A stretch of 64,000 nucleotides of DNA from Planctomycetota bacterium (GTDB lineage: Bacteria; Planctomycetota; UBA8108; SXIK01): positions 2,528,001 through 2,592,000 of the forward strand of contig OZ244999.1 of assembly GCA_965223265.1 (NCBI GenBank), read 5' to 3'. Below are positions 30,294 to 40,961 of this stretch, piece by piece. Both the position numbers and the translations under genes were made by a program. The notes below the pieces were generated by a model. That model worked only from the letters and a program-made list of their open reading frames with translations, had not been told where the DNA came from and did not search any database. Numbering within the stretch: the stretch's first letter is position 1; the number at the start of each line of letters is the position of its first letter.

Positions 30294-31715
30294 ATGACAA
30301 GGTTAGATTTTGCGTCTCACCAGGGGATTGCCGCGAGCTGCTGGAAGTCCCTTGTCGTCGTCTTGAGTTGTGTTGCCGGGTGCTCGCAGTCACCGACCAG
30401 CCGCGCGGAAGTTGTCGCCTTACCCCTTGGCCGTGAGTTCGCGACTTTCGCCGCGCCGGCACATGCGCCGGCGTCCCCACCGTCGCCCGGGCTGCAGCCG
30501 CACACGGACGCTCCAGTGGAAGGAGTCCTGGCTCTGCGAGACGTTCTCGCACGGGCGCTGCTCGGCAATCCGGAACTGGCGACTTTTTCCTGGGCGCTCC
30601 GAGCCAGTGAGGCGCGTACGCTGCAGGCGAGGTTGCTGCCGAACCCCGAGTTTGAGGCAGAGGTCGAAGACTTTGGCGGCAGCGGAGAGTTCAGCGACTT
30701 CGACGCGGCCGAGTCGACTCTTGCGATCAGCCAACTAGTGGAGCTTGGCGGCAAACGAGCCAAGCGCGTCCGATTGGCCGAGCTCGGACGCACCCTGGCT
30801 GCGTGGGACTACGAGGCCGCCCGCCTGGATGTCCTCACCGCGACGGCGGAAGCGTTCGTCGACGTTCTCGCGGGTCAGCAGCGAGCAGAGCTTCGCGCTG
30901 GCAGTCTCGCGCTGGCGCGGACGGCACTGCGAACCGTTTCCGAACGAGTTGAAGCTGGTAAGAGCTCACCTCTCGAGCAGACGCGCGCGGAACTCATCGC
31001 TTCGCAGGCTGAGATTTCACTCGAGCGCGCGCTGCGCACGCTGACCGCGGCGCGGACGCGACTTGCCGCTATGTGGGGGCAGCGACAACCAACTTTCGAG
31101 TCCGTCTCCGGCGCATTCGACGAGACCCCTGAGCCGCCGAACGTTGTGACGCTTGAGGCTTGGGTGAACGAGACGCCTGACATCGCGCGCTGGGCCGTCG
31201 AAGTCGCGGAGCGGAAAGGGCGCGTCAAGTTGGCTAGCGCGAACGGCGTCACGGACGTCACCGTCAGGGCTGGCGCTCGATTGCTCGAAGGATCCGACGA
31301 AACAGCGTTCGTGATCGGTCTATCGGTTCCGCTGCCACTTTTCGACAGAAACCAGGGCGAGAGGCGGGAAGCGGAATTCAGCTTGGCTAAGGCGAGGGAG
31401 GAAAGCAGAGCAGCCGAGGTGCGCGTTCGCACGGCATTGAGCGAAGCGTATCAGTCGCTCCTCTCGACATTTCGCGAAGTCGCGACGCTCCGTGACGTGG
31501 TGGTCCCCGCTGCTCGGTCGTCGTTAGAGGGTATCAGCGAGTCCTACCGTCAAGGAAAGTTGACCCAACTGGACGTTTTGGACGCCCAACGCACCCTTTT
31601 CGCCGTGCGTGAGCAGTACACCGAAGCGCTGTCTTCGTTTCACCACGCTCGAGTCCGCGTCGAGGGACTCGTAGGACGACCGATCATTCAACCGGACGGG
31701 GAAGAGAAGCCATGA
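30294..31715 (+). CDS. czcC: CzcC-like TolC outer-membrane efflux protein
   Basis: Lipobox VAGC, LLPNPE, QLVELGGKRAKR, LSVPLPLFDRNQG, LDVLDAQRTL. Confidence 0.85.
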   Translation: MTRLDFASHQGIAASCWKSLVVVLSCVAGCSQSPTSRAEVVALPLGREFATFAAPAHAPASPPSPGLQPHTDAPVEGVLALRDVLARALLGNPELATFSWALRASEARTLQARLLPNPEFEAEVEDFGGSGEFSDFDAAESTLAISQLVELGGKRAKRVRLAELGRTLAAWDYEAARLDVLTATAEAFVDVLAGQQRAELRAGSLALARTALRTVSERVEAGKSSPLEQTRAELIASQAEISLERALRTLTAARTRLAAMWGQRQPTFESVSGAFDETPEPPNVVTLEAWVNETPDIARWAVEVAERKGRVKLASANGVTDVTVRAGARLLEGSDETAFVIGLSVPLPLFDRNQGERREAEFSLAKAREESRAAEVRVRTALSEAYQSLLSTFREVATLRDVVVPAARSSLEGISESYRQGKLTQLDVLDAQRTLFAVREQYTEALSSFHHARVRVEGLVGRPIIQPDGEEKP

Positions 31716-32872
31716 ATGCCATGTCGAAGTTGACGATCCTGGCGTCTGTCGTAGCGTCTGCGTTCGGCTGTACGCCTGATCACCCTGTCGACACTCATGA
31801 GCAAGATCACGACCACGAAGAACTTGTCCTTTTGAGTGACGAACAACTTGAAGAGTTCGGCATCGTGGTCGACGTCGCGGGCCCTGCCACTCTCGAGCTC
31901 GAAGTGAAGCTCGCTGGAGAGATCGTCGCCAATGCCGATCAGGTCGCACACATCGTTCCGCGTGTCCCGGGTGTGGTGCGTGAGGTGAAGAAACGGATCG
32001 GAGACCATGTACAGCCTGATGAAGTCATGGCCGTTCTCGACAGCCGAGATTTGGCCACGGTGAAAGCCAGGTTTCTTGCTGCGCACGCACGCCACACGCT
32101 AGCTCGCGCAACCCTTGAACGCGAAGAGAGCCTGTGGAAGAAGAAAGTTGGCTCAGAACAGGAGTATCTGGAGGCGAAGAGTCTCTTCGAAGAAGCGAAG
32201 ATCGCGCTACGCGAGGGGAAACAAGCGCTCCACGCCCTTGGATTGTCGGAGGAGGACGTGCTGAGGCTCTTGGAAGCGCCTGACACGACATTGACGCGCT
32301 ACGAGATCAGAGCTCCGTTTGGCGGCGAGGTGATCGAACGGCACGTCGTTCGTGGCGAGCTTCTCAAGGAGGACTCCCAGGCGTTTGTTGTAGCTGATCT
32401 CGGCAGCGTGTGGGTCAACCTCACGGTCCATCAAAAGGACCTCCCGTTCATTCGCGTCGGGCAGATCGTCCGCGTCTCCCCTGGAAGGGAGTTGGGAGAC
32501 GTGGTCGGGACGATTTCATACTTCAGCCCACTCGTCGACGAGGCGACCCGTACCGCGACCGCACGCGTCGTGCTCGCCAACGAAGCCGGTGAGCTTCGCC
32601 CGGGGCTGTTCGTGAGCGCAGCGATTGTTGCGGAGAAGCTCGAGGCTGGCATCGCTGTGCCGAAGAGTGCACTTGTAGAGAGCGACACTGCCGTCTTTGT
32701 TCAGACGGACAAAGGTTTCGCGCGACGCAGTGTCGACATCGGGCGTTCTGACGCATCACACGTTGAGATCGTCGCAGGGCTCTCAGCGGGCGAGCGCTAC
32801 GCGGCTCAGGGGGCGTTCGCGCTCAAGTCAGAGTTGGAGAAGGGGTCCTTTGGTGACGGCCACGGTCATTGA
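31712..32872 (+). CDS. czcB: CzcB-like RND periplasmic adaptor
   Basis: Lipoprotein with His-rich N-terminus (HEQDHDHE), IRAPFGGEVIER, VADLGSVWV, LRPGLFV, C-terminal GHGH. Confidence 0.85.
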   Translation: MNAMSKLTILASVVASAFGCTPDHPVDTHEQDHDHEELVLLSDEQLEEFGIVVDVAGPATLELEVKLAGEIVANADQVAHIVPRVPGVVREVKKRIGDHVQPDEVMAVLDSRDLATVKARFLAAHARHTLARATLEREESLWKKKVGSEQEYLEAKSLFEEAKIALREGKQALHALGLSEEDVLRLLEAPDTTLTRYEIRAPFGGEVIERHVVRGELLKEDSQAFVVADLGSVWVNLTVHQKDLPFIRVGQIVRVSPGRELGDVVGTISYFSPLVDEATRTATARVVLANEAGELRPGLFVSAAIVAEKLEAGIAVPKSALVESDTAVFVQTDKGFARRSVDIGRSDASHVEIVAGLSAGERYAAQGAFALKSELEKGSFGDGHGH

Positions 32873-32880
32873 CGGGAAAC

Positions 32881-35800
32881 ATGATCGCTAAACTCATCGC
32901 AGCGAGCTTGCGCTCCTCTCTGCTTGTCCTCGTCCTCGCCGTCGTCGTCATGGCCGCCGGATACTTCAGCTACCGGCAACTTCCGGTGGACGCGTTTCCC
33001 GATGTCTCGCCGAACCTCGTCCAGGTCTTCACCGTCACTGAAGGCTTGGCACCCGAGGAGATCGAGACGTATGTGACGTATCCGATCGAAGCATCGATGA
33101 GCGGTCTACCCGGAATCGAGAAGATCCGTTCCGTTTCGAATTTCGGCTTGTCGGTCGTGAGCGTCTACTTCGACGACGGCGTGGATGTGTATTTCGCCAG
33201 ACGTCTCGTAGGCGAACGTCTGCAACAAGCGCGCGAAGAGATTCCGGAAGGCTTTGGGGAACCGCAGATGGGCCCCATCTCGACAGGGATGGGGCTGGTG
33301 CTCTTCTATTACCTTGACGACACCACCGGCCGCTCTTCGCTTGAAGATTTGCGTACCATCCAGGACTGGCTGGTGAAGCGGCATCTACAGACTGTTCCGG
33401 GTGTCACCGAGGTGCTTGGTATCGGCGGCTATGAGAAGCAGTACCAGGTCCACGTCATCCCGGAAGCCCTGCTGCGCTATGAAGTGACTCTGCCTGACCT
33501 CATCGAGCGCGTTGAGGCGAACAATCTAAACGTCGGTGCGCAGTTCATCGAAAAGAACGCCGAGGAGTTCGTCGTTCGCTCGGTCGGACTTGCTGCGTCG
33601 ATCGACGACCTGCAGCGCATCGTGGTGAAGTCTGTGGACGGCCGACCGATCTACCTGCGCGATCTCGCCGACGTCCGCATCGGCGGAGCGACCAGGCGCG
33701 GCGTTCAAACTCGCAACGGCGAGGGCGAGGTCGTCGCGGGGATGGTCGTGAAGCTGTACGGGACCAACTCGTCGACCGTCATTCGGCGCGTCGAGGCGAA
33801 GTTGAAGGAAATCGCGAACATTCTTCCCGACGGTGTTCGCATCGTTCCCTATTACGAGCAAAAGAGTCTCGTGGAGTCATGTGTGCGCACCGTCCGTGCG
33901 GCATTGATTCAAGGCATCGGTCTAGTGGTCTTGGTCTTGCTGGTTTTCATGGGGGGAGTGCGGCCGAGCGTCATCGTCGCGCTGTCGCTACCGTTCTCTG
34001 TGCTCTTCGCGTTTCTTCTCATGGGGTACTTGAAGATTTCCGCCAACCTTATGTCGCTCGGTGGATTGGCGATCGCCATCGGGATGATCGTCGACGGCGC
34101 GATTGTCATGGTGGACAACGTGGACCGCTCGCTTGCGCAAGGCGGGCGGTCGAGAGCTGAAGCGGTGAAATTTGCGTCCTGCGAGGTCGGGCGTCCTCTG
34201 GCGTTTTCCATCATCATCATCGTGCTCGTGTTCGTTCCTCTCTTTGCGCTTCAAGGCGTTGAGGGGAAGACCTTTCGACCGCTTGCTTACAGTATCTCAC
34301 TCGCGATGGTGGGATCACTCGCCTTTGCGTTGACGCTCGCTCCCGCGCTCAGCGTTCTCCTGATGCGCGGCTCGCGGGCCTCATCTGACAAGAGTGAGAA
34401 CATCATCGTCCGCAAACTTCTGGTCTTCTATGTGCCGCTCTTGAGATTCTTCATCAGGCGTCGTGCGCTTGCGGCGATGTTCGCCTTAGTGCTCCTCGCC
34501 CTTGGCGCCGTCGTGTTTCCGCGTCTCGGTTCTGAGTTTGCGCCTGAGCTCAACGAGGGGACGGTGGTCGCACGGCTGACGATGGCTCCTTCGATTTCCC
34601 TCCAAGAGAGTCGACAGGTGACGCTGCGGGCTGAGAGGCGACTCATGCAACTCGCGGACGTCGACGAGGTCGTCAGCCGCATCGGCCGAGGCGAGGTAGG
34701 GGCCCACACTGACCCGATCAATAGCGCGGAGATGTACATCATCCTGAAGTCTGAGGCGTCGAAACCAGCCGAAGATCTCGAGGCGTCCATGCGCGAGACC
34801 TTGGAAGGAATTCCGGGTGTAGTCGTGAGTTTCACGCAGCCGATTGAGATGACGGTTGACGAGCTCCTCGAGGGCGTGCGCGCAGAACTCGCGATCAAAC
34901 TCTTCGGCGAAGACCTCGACGTGCTTCGGCGCGAAGCCGAACGCGTTGCCTCAATCGTGGGTGGCGTGCGTGGTGCCGTCGACGTTCAGATCGATCAGGT
35001 AGGTGGAGCTCCGCAGCTACTTGTCCGGGTGAATCGCGACGCGATCGCTCGCTATGGAGTCAACGTCTCGCAGGTCCAAGAAGTGATTCGTGCAGCTGTT
35101 GGCGGGCATGTCGCAGGACAAATCCTCGAGGGCGTACGCCGGTTCGACATTCTGGTTCGCTATGCCGAATCGTATCGCGACACCAGGGAAGCGATCGCTT
35201 CGATCTTGGTCGAAGCGCCGAACGGGGTGAAGGTGCCGCTATCTGAGCTGGCGACGATCGAAGAGGTCATTGGGCCACGCCAGATCACACGCGAAGACGC
35301 CCAAAGGTTTATTACGATTCAGTGCAATGTCCAGCGCCGCGACATTGGCTCGTTTGTAGCCGCGGCACAGGCCGCGATCGACGAGCGTGTTGATCTTCCC
35401 TCGGGCTATTTGCTGACGTGGGGTGGTCAGTTTCGGCTGCAGCAGGAAGCCAATCGTCGTCTTCTGGTCGTTGTGCCGATGACGCTTTTGGGGGTGTTTC
35501 TTCTCCTCTACGGCAGCTTTGGTTCTCTCGCCAACACGCTATTGATCCTCTTGAACATTCCGCTCGCTCTGGTCGGAGGCGTGGTTGCGCTCTGGCTCAG
35601 CGGTCAGAATCTCTCCGTGCCGGCGTCGGTCGGATTCATCGCGTTGTTTGGGATCGCGCTTGAGAACGCCATGGTTCTCATCACCTACTTGAATCAGCTG
35701 CGTCGCGACGGTGTTTCGGTCGACGACGCGTCGGTGCGCGGCGCCGCGCGGCGTTTGCGGCCGGTCCTCATGACGGCGCTGACCACCGGCCTTGGCCTCC

Positions 35801-35967
35801 TGCCGCTTCTCTTCGCGCAAGGTACTGGAAGCGAGGTGCAGCGGCCGCTCGCGACCGTCGTTGTCGGCGGACTGGTCACTTGCACGACACTGACTCTGCT
35901 TGTGCTCCCTGCGCTCTACAAGTGGTTCTCGACAGGCGGCGTCTACCCTGGCGCGGCTGCGGAGTGA
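32881..35967 (+). CDS. czcA: CusA/CzcA family heavy-metal RND efflux transporter
   Basis: LPVDAFPDVS, GLAPEEIE, ANLMSLGGLAIAIGMIVDGAIV, EGKTFRPLA, GFIALFGIA, RLRPVLMTA, GSEVQRPLATVVVGG. Metal specificity cannot be read from sequence. Confidence 0.9.
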   Translation: MIAKLIAASLRSSLLVLVLAVVVMAAGYFSYRQLPVDAFPDVSPNLVQVFTVTEGLAPEEIETYVTYPIEASMSGLPGIEKIRSVSNFGLSVVSVYFDDGVDVYFARRLVGERLQQAREEIPEGFGEPQMGPISTGMGLVLFYYLDDTTGRSSLEDLRTIQDWLVKRHLQTVPGVTEVLGIGGYEKQYQVHVIPEALLRYEVTLPDLIERVEANNLNVGAQFIEKNAEEFVVRSVGLAASIDDLQRIVVKSVDGRPIYLRDLADVRIGGATRRGVQTRNGEGEVVAGMVVKLYGTNSSTVIRRVEAKLKEIANILPDGVRIVPYYEQKSLVESCVRTVRAALIQGIGLVVLVLLVFMGGVRPSVIVALSLPFSVLFAFLLMGYLKISANLMSLGGLAIAIGMIVDGAIVMVDNVDRSLAQGGRSRAEAVKFASCEVGRPLAFSIIIIVLVFVPLFALQGVEGKTFRPLAYSISLAMVGSLAFALTLAPALSVLLMRGSRASSDKSENIIVRKLLVFYVPLLRFFIRRRALAAMFALVLLALGAVVFPRLGSEFAPELNEGTVVARLTMAPSISLQESRQVTLRAERRLMQLADVDEVVSRIGRGEVGAHTDPINSAEMYIILKSEASKPAEDLEASMRETLEGIPGVVVSFTQPIEMTVDELLEGVRAELAIKLFGEDLDVLRREAERVASIVGGVRGAVDVQIDQVGGAPQLLVRVNRDAIARYGVNVSQVQEVIRAAVGGHVAGQILEGVRRFDILVRYAESYRDTREAIASILVEAPNGVKVPLSELATIEEVIGPRQITREDAQRFITIQCNVQRRDIGSFVAAAQAAIDERVDLPSGYLLTWGGQFRLQQEANRRLLVVVPMTLLGVFLLLYGSFGSLANTLLILLNIPLALVGGVVALWLSGQNLSVPASVGFIALFGIALENAMVLITYLNQLRRDGVSVDDASVRGAARRLRPVLMTALTTGLGLLPLLFAQGTGSEVQRPLATVVVGGLVTCTTLTLLVLPALYKWFSTGGVYPGAAAE

Positions 35968-36188
35968 CCGTCCGCTGATTCCGGTGAGCGCCTCTTTCTC
36001 CGAGGCTTGCCCCATTCCGCCTCGCACGAGCATGTCGATCGCCTGAAGGGATTCCTGTGCCACCGTCGAGATCTCTTGGCGTTGTCGTCAGGCATGGTCG
36101 AGGAATTCCCGCAGGAATTCACGGTGGCGATCGTCGTATAGGAAAAGTGGGAGTTCTCAAATCGGGATGGTCAAAAGGAGATTCCGTC

Positions 36189-37037
36189 GTGCATATAGCG
36201 AGGCGTACCTGCCGACTAGCGATCTTTGGGGGGATGATTTTTCTGGTCGGCGGGTCTTCCTTGCTATGTGATCATACAAGTTTTCGTCGCGGCGATGTGG
36301 ACCGCAGCGGCTCACTCACTGTGGGAGATGCAATCGACATCCTTGGCGTTCTCTTTCGACGTTCAAATGTCCGTCGAACGTGTTTGGATGCCGCCGATGT
36401 CGACGACAACGGCTTCGTCGATGTTGCCGACGCGGTGCGCCTCCTTACCTTCCTATTCGCGCGCGGTGATCCACCTGCGGCCCCATATCCTTACTGCTGG
36501 GTCGATCCAACGCCTGATTTCGTCTCGTGCAATCAGCCCAGTTGTCTCTCCGACGCCAGCGCCCCGGCGATCTTTGGTGAGGCGGATGGAATGGTCGTCG
36601 TGGTCGAGAAGTCCGGTGCCTTCGCTTCGAGCGGCGAACTTGAGATCTCCAAGCGACACCTCGTTCGTAGTCTCAGGAGCCTACCGGCTGAAGCCTTGTT
36701 CGGTTTCGTTTTTTTTGACCGATTCGCGACGGTCTACCCGCCGACAGAGCAGCTCGAAGTCGCCAACTCGCAGACAGTCGCCCGCTCTATCGATTTCGTC
36801 GAGTCGACGGTCGCCGGCTCTGGATCTTGCCTTCAAGGTGCGCTCGAAAAGGCATTGACTCTAGTGGCGAGTCGCGATGGCAAAAGAATCTCTGTGTTTC
36901 TCCGTGGTGGGAATCCCGCCGTGGTCAACGGTGGAGATCTCAACCGAGACGGGACTCTCAATGGGCAAGACGCCAACATCCTTTTGCGCCGACTCCTGCC
37001 GGAGCAACATGATCGCATTTGGCCGTGCGTTCCGTGA
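36189..37037 (+). CDS. Secreted dockerin-like plus partial vWA-like protein, possibly chimeric or degenerate
   Basis: GTG after AAAGGAG; FRRGDVDRSG...CLDAADVDDNG...CWVDPTPD; degenerate vWA-like VVVVEKSG..FGFVFFD; ends in a half dockerin GDLNRDGTLNGQD. Confidence 0.55.
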   Translation: MHIARRTCRLAIFGGMIFLVGGSSLLCDHTSFRRGDVDRSGSLTVGDAIDILGVLFRRSNVRRTCLDAADVDDNGFVDVADAVRLLTFLFARGDPPAAPYPYCWVDPTPDFVSCNQPSCLSDASAPAIFGEADGMVVVVEKSGAFASSGELEISKRHLVRSLRSLPAEALFGFVFFDRFATVYPPTEQLEVANSQTVARSIDFVESTVAGSGSCLQGALEKALTLVASRDGKRISVFLRGGNPAVVNGGDLNRDGTLNGQDANILLRRLLPEQHDRIWPCVP

Positions 37038-37293
37038 CCCAGACGTCTCTCCAGACGAAAGAAGGCTTCACTTCGCTCATCCTGTCATCCAAGTGATTAG
37101 TCGCTCTGTCTTCCGGCGGATCGTCGCGTTTGAAGAAACCGCTCTGTTCTGCCGGCGGGATCCTTGAGAGTCGTTGACTTTGAAGCCAACCGACGTACCA
37201 TCATCACCCGGGGGTGAGAGGGTAGGCCGCTCAGGGAGAGGGCACCGAACAAAACGTGGGACTCGCAGTCTCGCGGGCTAGTAAGGAGAACGC

Positions 37294-37674
37294 ATGGGCG
37301 CAGTGGACGCGGGCGATATCGGGCGGGAGCACCAGGAGCGGCTGGACGAACTGCTGCGTCGAGTGGTGAAGGCGGCTTCTGAAGGGCCTGCTGAAGAGAA
37401 GCCAAATAAGAACGGACTTCAGGTCATCGCCAAGGAAGAGAGCGGTGACTCGATGTTCTTTGTGATTCGACTGAAAGCTCAGGCGCTCGCAGACCTGAGC
37501 CCGCGGGAGCGCGAAATTGTCGACCTGGTTGGCGACGGGTTGTCGAACAAGGAGATCGCGAAGCGGTTAGGGATCAGTACGGCGACCGTAGCGGCACACA
37601 TCCGTCGTATCTTTACCAAACTGCACGTCAAGTCGCGGATCGAGCTCGTGCGGTTGAAGATTCTGCTAAGCTGA
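37294..37674 (+). CDS. LuxR C-terminal HTH transcriptional regulator
   Basis: LSPREREIVDLVGDGLSNKEIAKRLGISTATVAAHIRRIFTKLHVKSR; GGAG RBS. Confidence 0.9.
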   Translation: MGAVDAGDIGREHQERLDELLRRVVKAASEGPAEEKPNKNGLQVIAKEESGDSMFFVIRLKAQALADLSPREREIVDLVGDGLSNKEIAKRLGISTATVAAHIRRIFTKLHVKSRIELVRLKILLS

Positions 37675-37759
37675 GAGATCGCGCGCCATCCGTTACTTTC
37701 GAAGGGAACGCTCCTGCGAGTCTTTGGAATTGCGGGCAGCTTCCGAACAGGGCGCTCGA

Positions 37760-39103
37760 TTATTTCCCTAGCACCTCGACGACCGATGCCGCGAGCACGT
37801 CGACGATCTGGTCGAGTTGTTCGTACGTCGTCACCATGGGCGGCGCGAGGCAGAACACATCGCCGCGCAGGCGACTGAAGAGCCCTCGCTTCTGAGCCGC
37901 GGTGTGGACTCGGATCCCGACTTTTTTTGCGGGTGAGAACTCGGCTTTCGTGGCCTTATTCTCGACGAGCTCGACGCCACACATGAGTCCCATGCCCCGC
38001 ACGTCGCCGACATGAGGGTGGTCTGCGAGTGCTGCGGAGAGTTTCTCGAGCAAATACCTACCCTTTTCGTCTGCCAGTTGCGGGCAGTCTTCGCGCTCCA
38101 GGAGGTCTAGATTTGCGAGCGCGACGGCGCAGCCCACCGGATGGGCACTGTAGGTGTACGCGTGCATCCACACGGCCTCGCCGCTGTCGAGGGTAGCGCC
38201 GATTTGATCGCTGACGCCGACTCCGCCGAGCGGGAAGTAGCCGGAGGTGAGCGCCTTCGCGAACTGTACGATGTCAGGCTCCACGCCCCAATGCTCGAGC
38301 GCAAACCATCTTCCCGTGCGCCCGAAGCCGGTGATCACCTCGTCGGCCACCAGAAGGACGTCGTAGTGATCGCAGATTTCTCGAATGCGGCGGAAGTATT
38401 CCTCCTGCGGTGGAATCACGCCGCCGGCACCTTGCACCGGCTCCGCCAAAAACATAGCGACCGTGTCGGGCCCTTCGCGGAGGATCGCGCTTTCCAGTTC
38501 ATTGGCTGCAGCGATTCCTTGGCTGACTCCTGCGGGTGCTTCGTAGCGGTAGGGGTATGGGGAGGGAATGTGGACGAACCCGTCAACACGCGGTTCGAAC
38601 ATGGGCCAGTAGCTTTGGATTCCGGTAGCGCTCATGGCTGCGAGCGTGACGCCGTGGTATCCCCACTGACGCGAAATCACTTTCGTCTTTTGCGGTTTGT
38701 CCCGCATTTTCCAGTAGTATCGAGCCAGCTTGAAGCTGGTGTCACTTGCCTCACCGCCACCTGACGTGAAGAAGAAGCGGTTGATGGATGGGTAGGTCAT
38801 CGAGGCCAAGCGCTCTGCGAGCTCGATCGCGCGTGGGTTTGAACTCCCCGCGTATCCTGAGCAGTAGGCAAGTGTCGACATCTGTTCCGCCGCCGCCTCG
38901 ACGAGCTCCCTGCGTCCGTGGCCTGCCAGCACGTTCCATAGGCCGGAGAGTCCGTCGATGAACTCCTTGCCGTCGGCATCGATCAGTACCGCTCCGTCGC
39001 CTCTGACCCACACGTGTCCACTCGCATGCAGCGCACGATCGTGGAGTGGGTGGATCAGGTGTTTCTGATCACGACGCAGGAGTTCAGCGTTGTCGGCGTT
39101 CAT
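37760..39103 (-). CDS. Class III PLP aminotransferase (omega-amine/putrescine-pyruvate type)
   Basis: DGLSGLW, FFTSGGGEA, YHGVT, EPVQGAGG, LLVADEVITGFGRTG, FAKALTSGYFPLG, HAYTYSAHP. Confidence 0.92.
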   Translation of the reverse strand: MNADNAELLRRDQKHLIHPLHDRALHASGHVWVRGDGAVLIDADGKEFIDGLSGLWNVLAGHGRRELVEAAAEQMSTLAYCSGYAGSSNPRAIELAERLASMTYPSINRFFFTSGGGEASDTSFKLARYYWKMRDKPQKTKVISRQWGYHGVTLAAMSATGIQSYWPMFEPRVDGFVHIPSPYPYRYEAPAGVSQGIAAANELESAILREGPDTVAMFLAEPVQGAGGVIPPQEEYFRRIREICDHYDVLLVADEVITGFGRTGRWFALEHWGVEPDIVQFAKALTSGYFPLGGVGVSDQIGATLDSGEAVWMHAYTYSAHPVGCAVALANLDLLEREDCPQLADEKGRYLLEKLSAALADHPHVGDVRGMGLMCGVELVENKATKAEFSPAKKVGIRVHTAAQKRGLFSRLRGDVFCLAPPMVTTYEQLDQIVDVLAASVVEVLGK

Positions 39104-39194
39104 GGAGCCTCCGTTTCGCAGCTGGTATTGTGTGCAAACGTAAGACGGCGAGTCGTCCTTTCGCGCAGGTCGTATCGGCCCGCGTCATGATTGT

Positions 39195-40571
39195 TCATGT
39201 TGACGGCGTACGCGCGTCGATCGGCCGGTTCGGGTTGATGAGAATCCAAGCGGCCGCTGCGGTGAAGTAAAACGCGGCGTGCAGGTAGATCACGCCATCC
39301 CAGTCGCCTCCTGAACTGCGGATCGTGTCGAACCAGCGTCCCAGAAGCCATGGAAGCACGACCCCGGCGAGACATGCTGCCATGTTCATGGTTCCCATGA
39401 CCAGTGCGGTGTTTTTCCCGCCGAGGTCCATCGTTGTCGCCCACGAGGCCGGCGAGCCAAACCCAGCGAAGAACGCCCCGATGGCGATCACAACCGAAAG
39501 CTGCGTTGCCGACGACGTCAGCGTCGACGATGCGGTCAGACTACCACTCAGAGCGAGAGCCAGGGCTGCGACCCCACTACGACTGAGCTTGTGATTCCCT
39601 GTCCGTCGCAAGAGAACATCAACGAGGAAGCCGCCCGTCAGCGTACCGCAAACGACGGCAATCAGGGGCAAGCTAGTGAGGAAGCCGGCCGCGGCTTTGT
39701 CGATCCCGTAGGCGTACTCGAGGAAGGCGAAGAACCAGGTGGCAAAGAATGCGTATCCTGCGGAGCGAAAAAACGCTTGGACGCAGAGAAACCACATGCT
39801 TGGACTGGCGAGCATTGCAATCGCCATCGAGTTTGCCGGAGTGGACCGTGTCGCCGCATCGGGTTCGATTCTCTGTGTGCGACGATGGTCGTCGTCACCT
39901 GCTGCCGAGATCAGCTTCAACTCCGCTTCGTTCACGCGCGGATGATTCTCCGGGCGCGTGCGAAAGAACCACGCGAAACCGACTGCCCACACGATTCCGA
40001 CCATGGAGTAGGCGGAGAAGATTCCCCGCCAGTCGTACTCGGCGCGCAGCAGCCTCCCCGTGAGCCAGAGAGTCAGTGCTCCGCCGACGGACATGAACGC
40101 GCCGATCGCGGCGCTGCTGACTCCGCGGGACTTCGCGGGGATCCAGTCGTTGAGAATCTTTGCGGAAATCGGCGCGAGGCCGGCCTGAAAGAGTCCTAAG
40201 CCGAACCGCGAAGCGTAAAGCGCCCCGAAAGCTGAGGCAAGGCCGGACCACAGATTGCACATCGACCAGAGGACGCTGAGTGCAGCGAAGGCGGCGCGGG
40301 TACCGAACCGAGTTCCAGCCCAGCCGGCCGGTACTTGAAAGAGGAAGTAGCCGAGGAAGAAGGCGCTCATGATGGAGCCCATCTGCTCGTCATCCAGACC
40401 GAGCTCCCCTTGGATCGTCGTGTTCGCCGCCGCGATGCAGTTGCGCGTCAGATAGGCGCTCGCCGCCGCGAACGCCACAAGCGCCAGCACGCCGCTGCGG
40501 ACGTTCGTCGCGCCAAATCTGGGAGGCGGCACTGACGCGGGGGTAATGCCGCGTGGCTGCGGTGGGTCCAT
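39195..40571 (-). CDS. MFS transporter (ACS/glucarate-type)
   Basis: YLTRNCI, SAFFLGYFLFQVPAG, RFGLGLFQAG, PENHPRVNEAELKLI, GTMNMA; about 12 TM segments. Confidence 0.88.
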   Translation of the reverse strand: MDPPQPRGITPASVPPPRFGATNVRSGVLALVAFAAASAYLTRNCIAAANTTIQGELGLDDEQMGSIMSAFFLGYFLFQVPAGWAGTRFGTRAAFAALSVLWSMCNLWSGLASAFGALYASRFGLGLFQAGLAPISAKILNDWIPAKSRGVSSAAIGAFMSVGGALTLWLTGRLLRAEYDWRGIFSAYSMVGIVWAVGFAWFFRTRPENHPRVNEAELKLISAAGDDDHRRTQRIEPDAATRSTPANSMAIAMLASPSMWFLCVQAFFRSAGYAFFATWFFAFLEYAYGIDKAAAGFLTSLPLIAVVCGTLTGGFLVDVLLRRTGNHKLSRSGVAALALALSGSLTASSTLTSSATQLSVVIAIGAFFAGFGSPASWATTMDLGGKNTALVMGTMNMAACLAGVVLPWLLGRWFDTIRSSGGDWDGVIYLHAAFYFTAAAAWILINPNRPIDARTPST

Positions 40572-40759
40572 CGGTCTACCGCTCGATTGGGTCGCCGGCA
40601 GAGCGTGCCACGACCGCTTCTCGAAATCCTGACGACCAACTCTTTGGTTGCGATGAGCGGCGCCTTGCGATGAAATTGAGGTGATGGGGCGGAGTACCAC
40701 TGCCTGTGGAGGAGGCAAACGCAATGGTTGGACGACGCGTGTCACCTCGCGGCCTCGCC

Positions 40760-40924
40760 ATGAGCGAAGCTGCGAAAAAACATCTGAAGAACCGTAAGCG
40801 GCGAAAGCAGCGCGGTGTTGCGGAAACGGAACCGGAGACAAGTCGGCAGGGTTTAGGGATCCTCATCGCCATCGCTGTCCTCGTCTTCGTTCTCTTCATG
40901 GCGTGGGTCATCGCGACGCACTGA
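40760..40924 (+). CDS. Small single-pass membrane protein, hypothetical
   Basis: Basic stretch KKHLKNRKRRK followed by one C-terminal TM helix; fills an intergenic gap. Confidence 0.5.
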   Translation: MSEAAKKHLKNRKRRKQRGVAETEPETSRQGLGILIAIAVLVFVLFMAWVIATH

Positions 40925-40961
40925 GCGCGACTCCCGATCTGCCTCGCGCCGCGCCCTGCGC

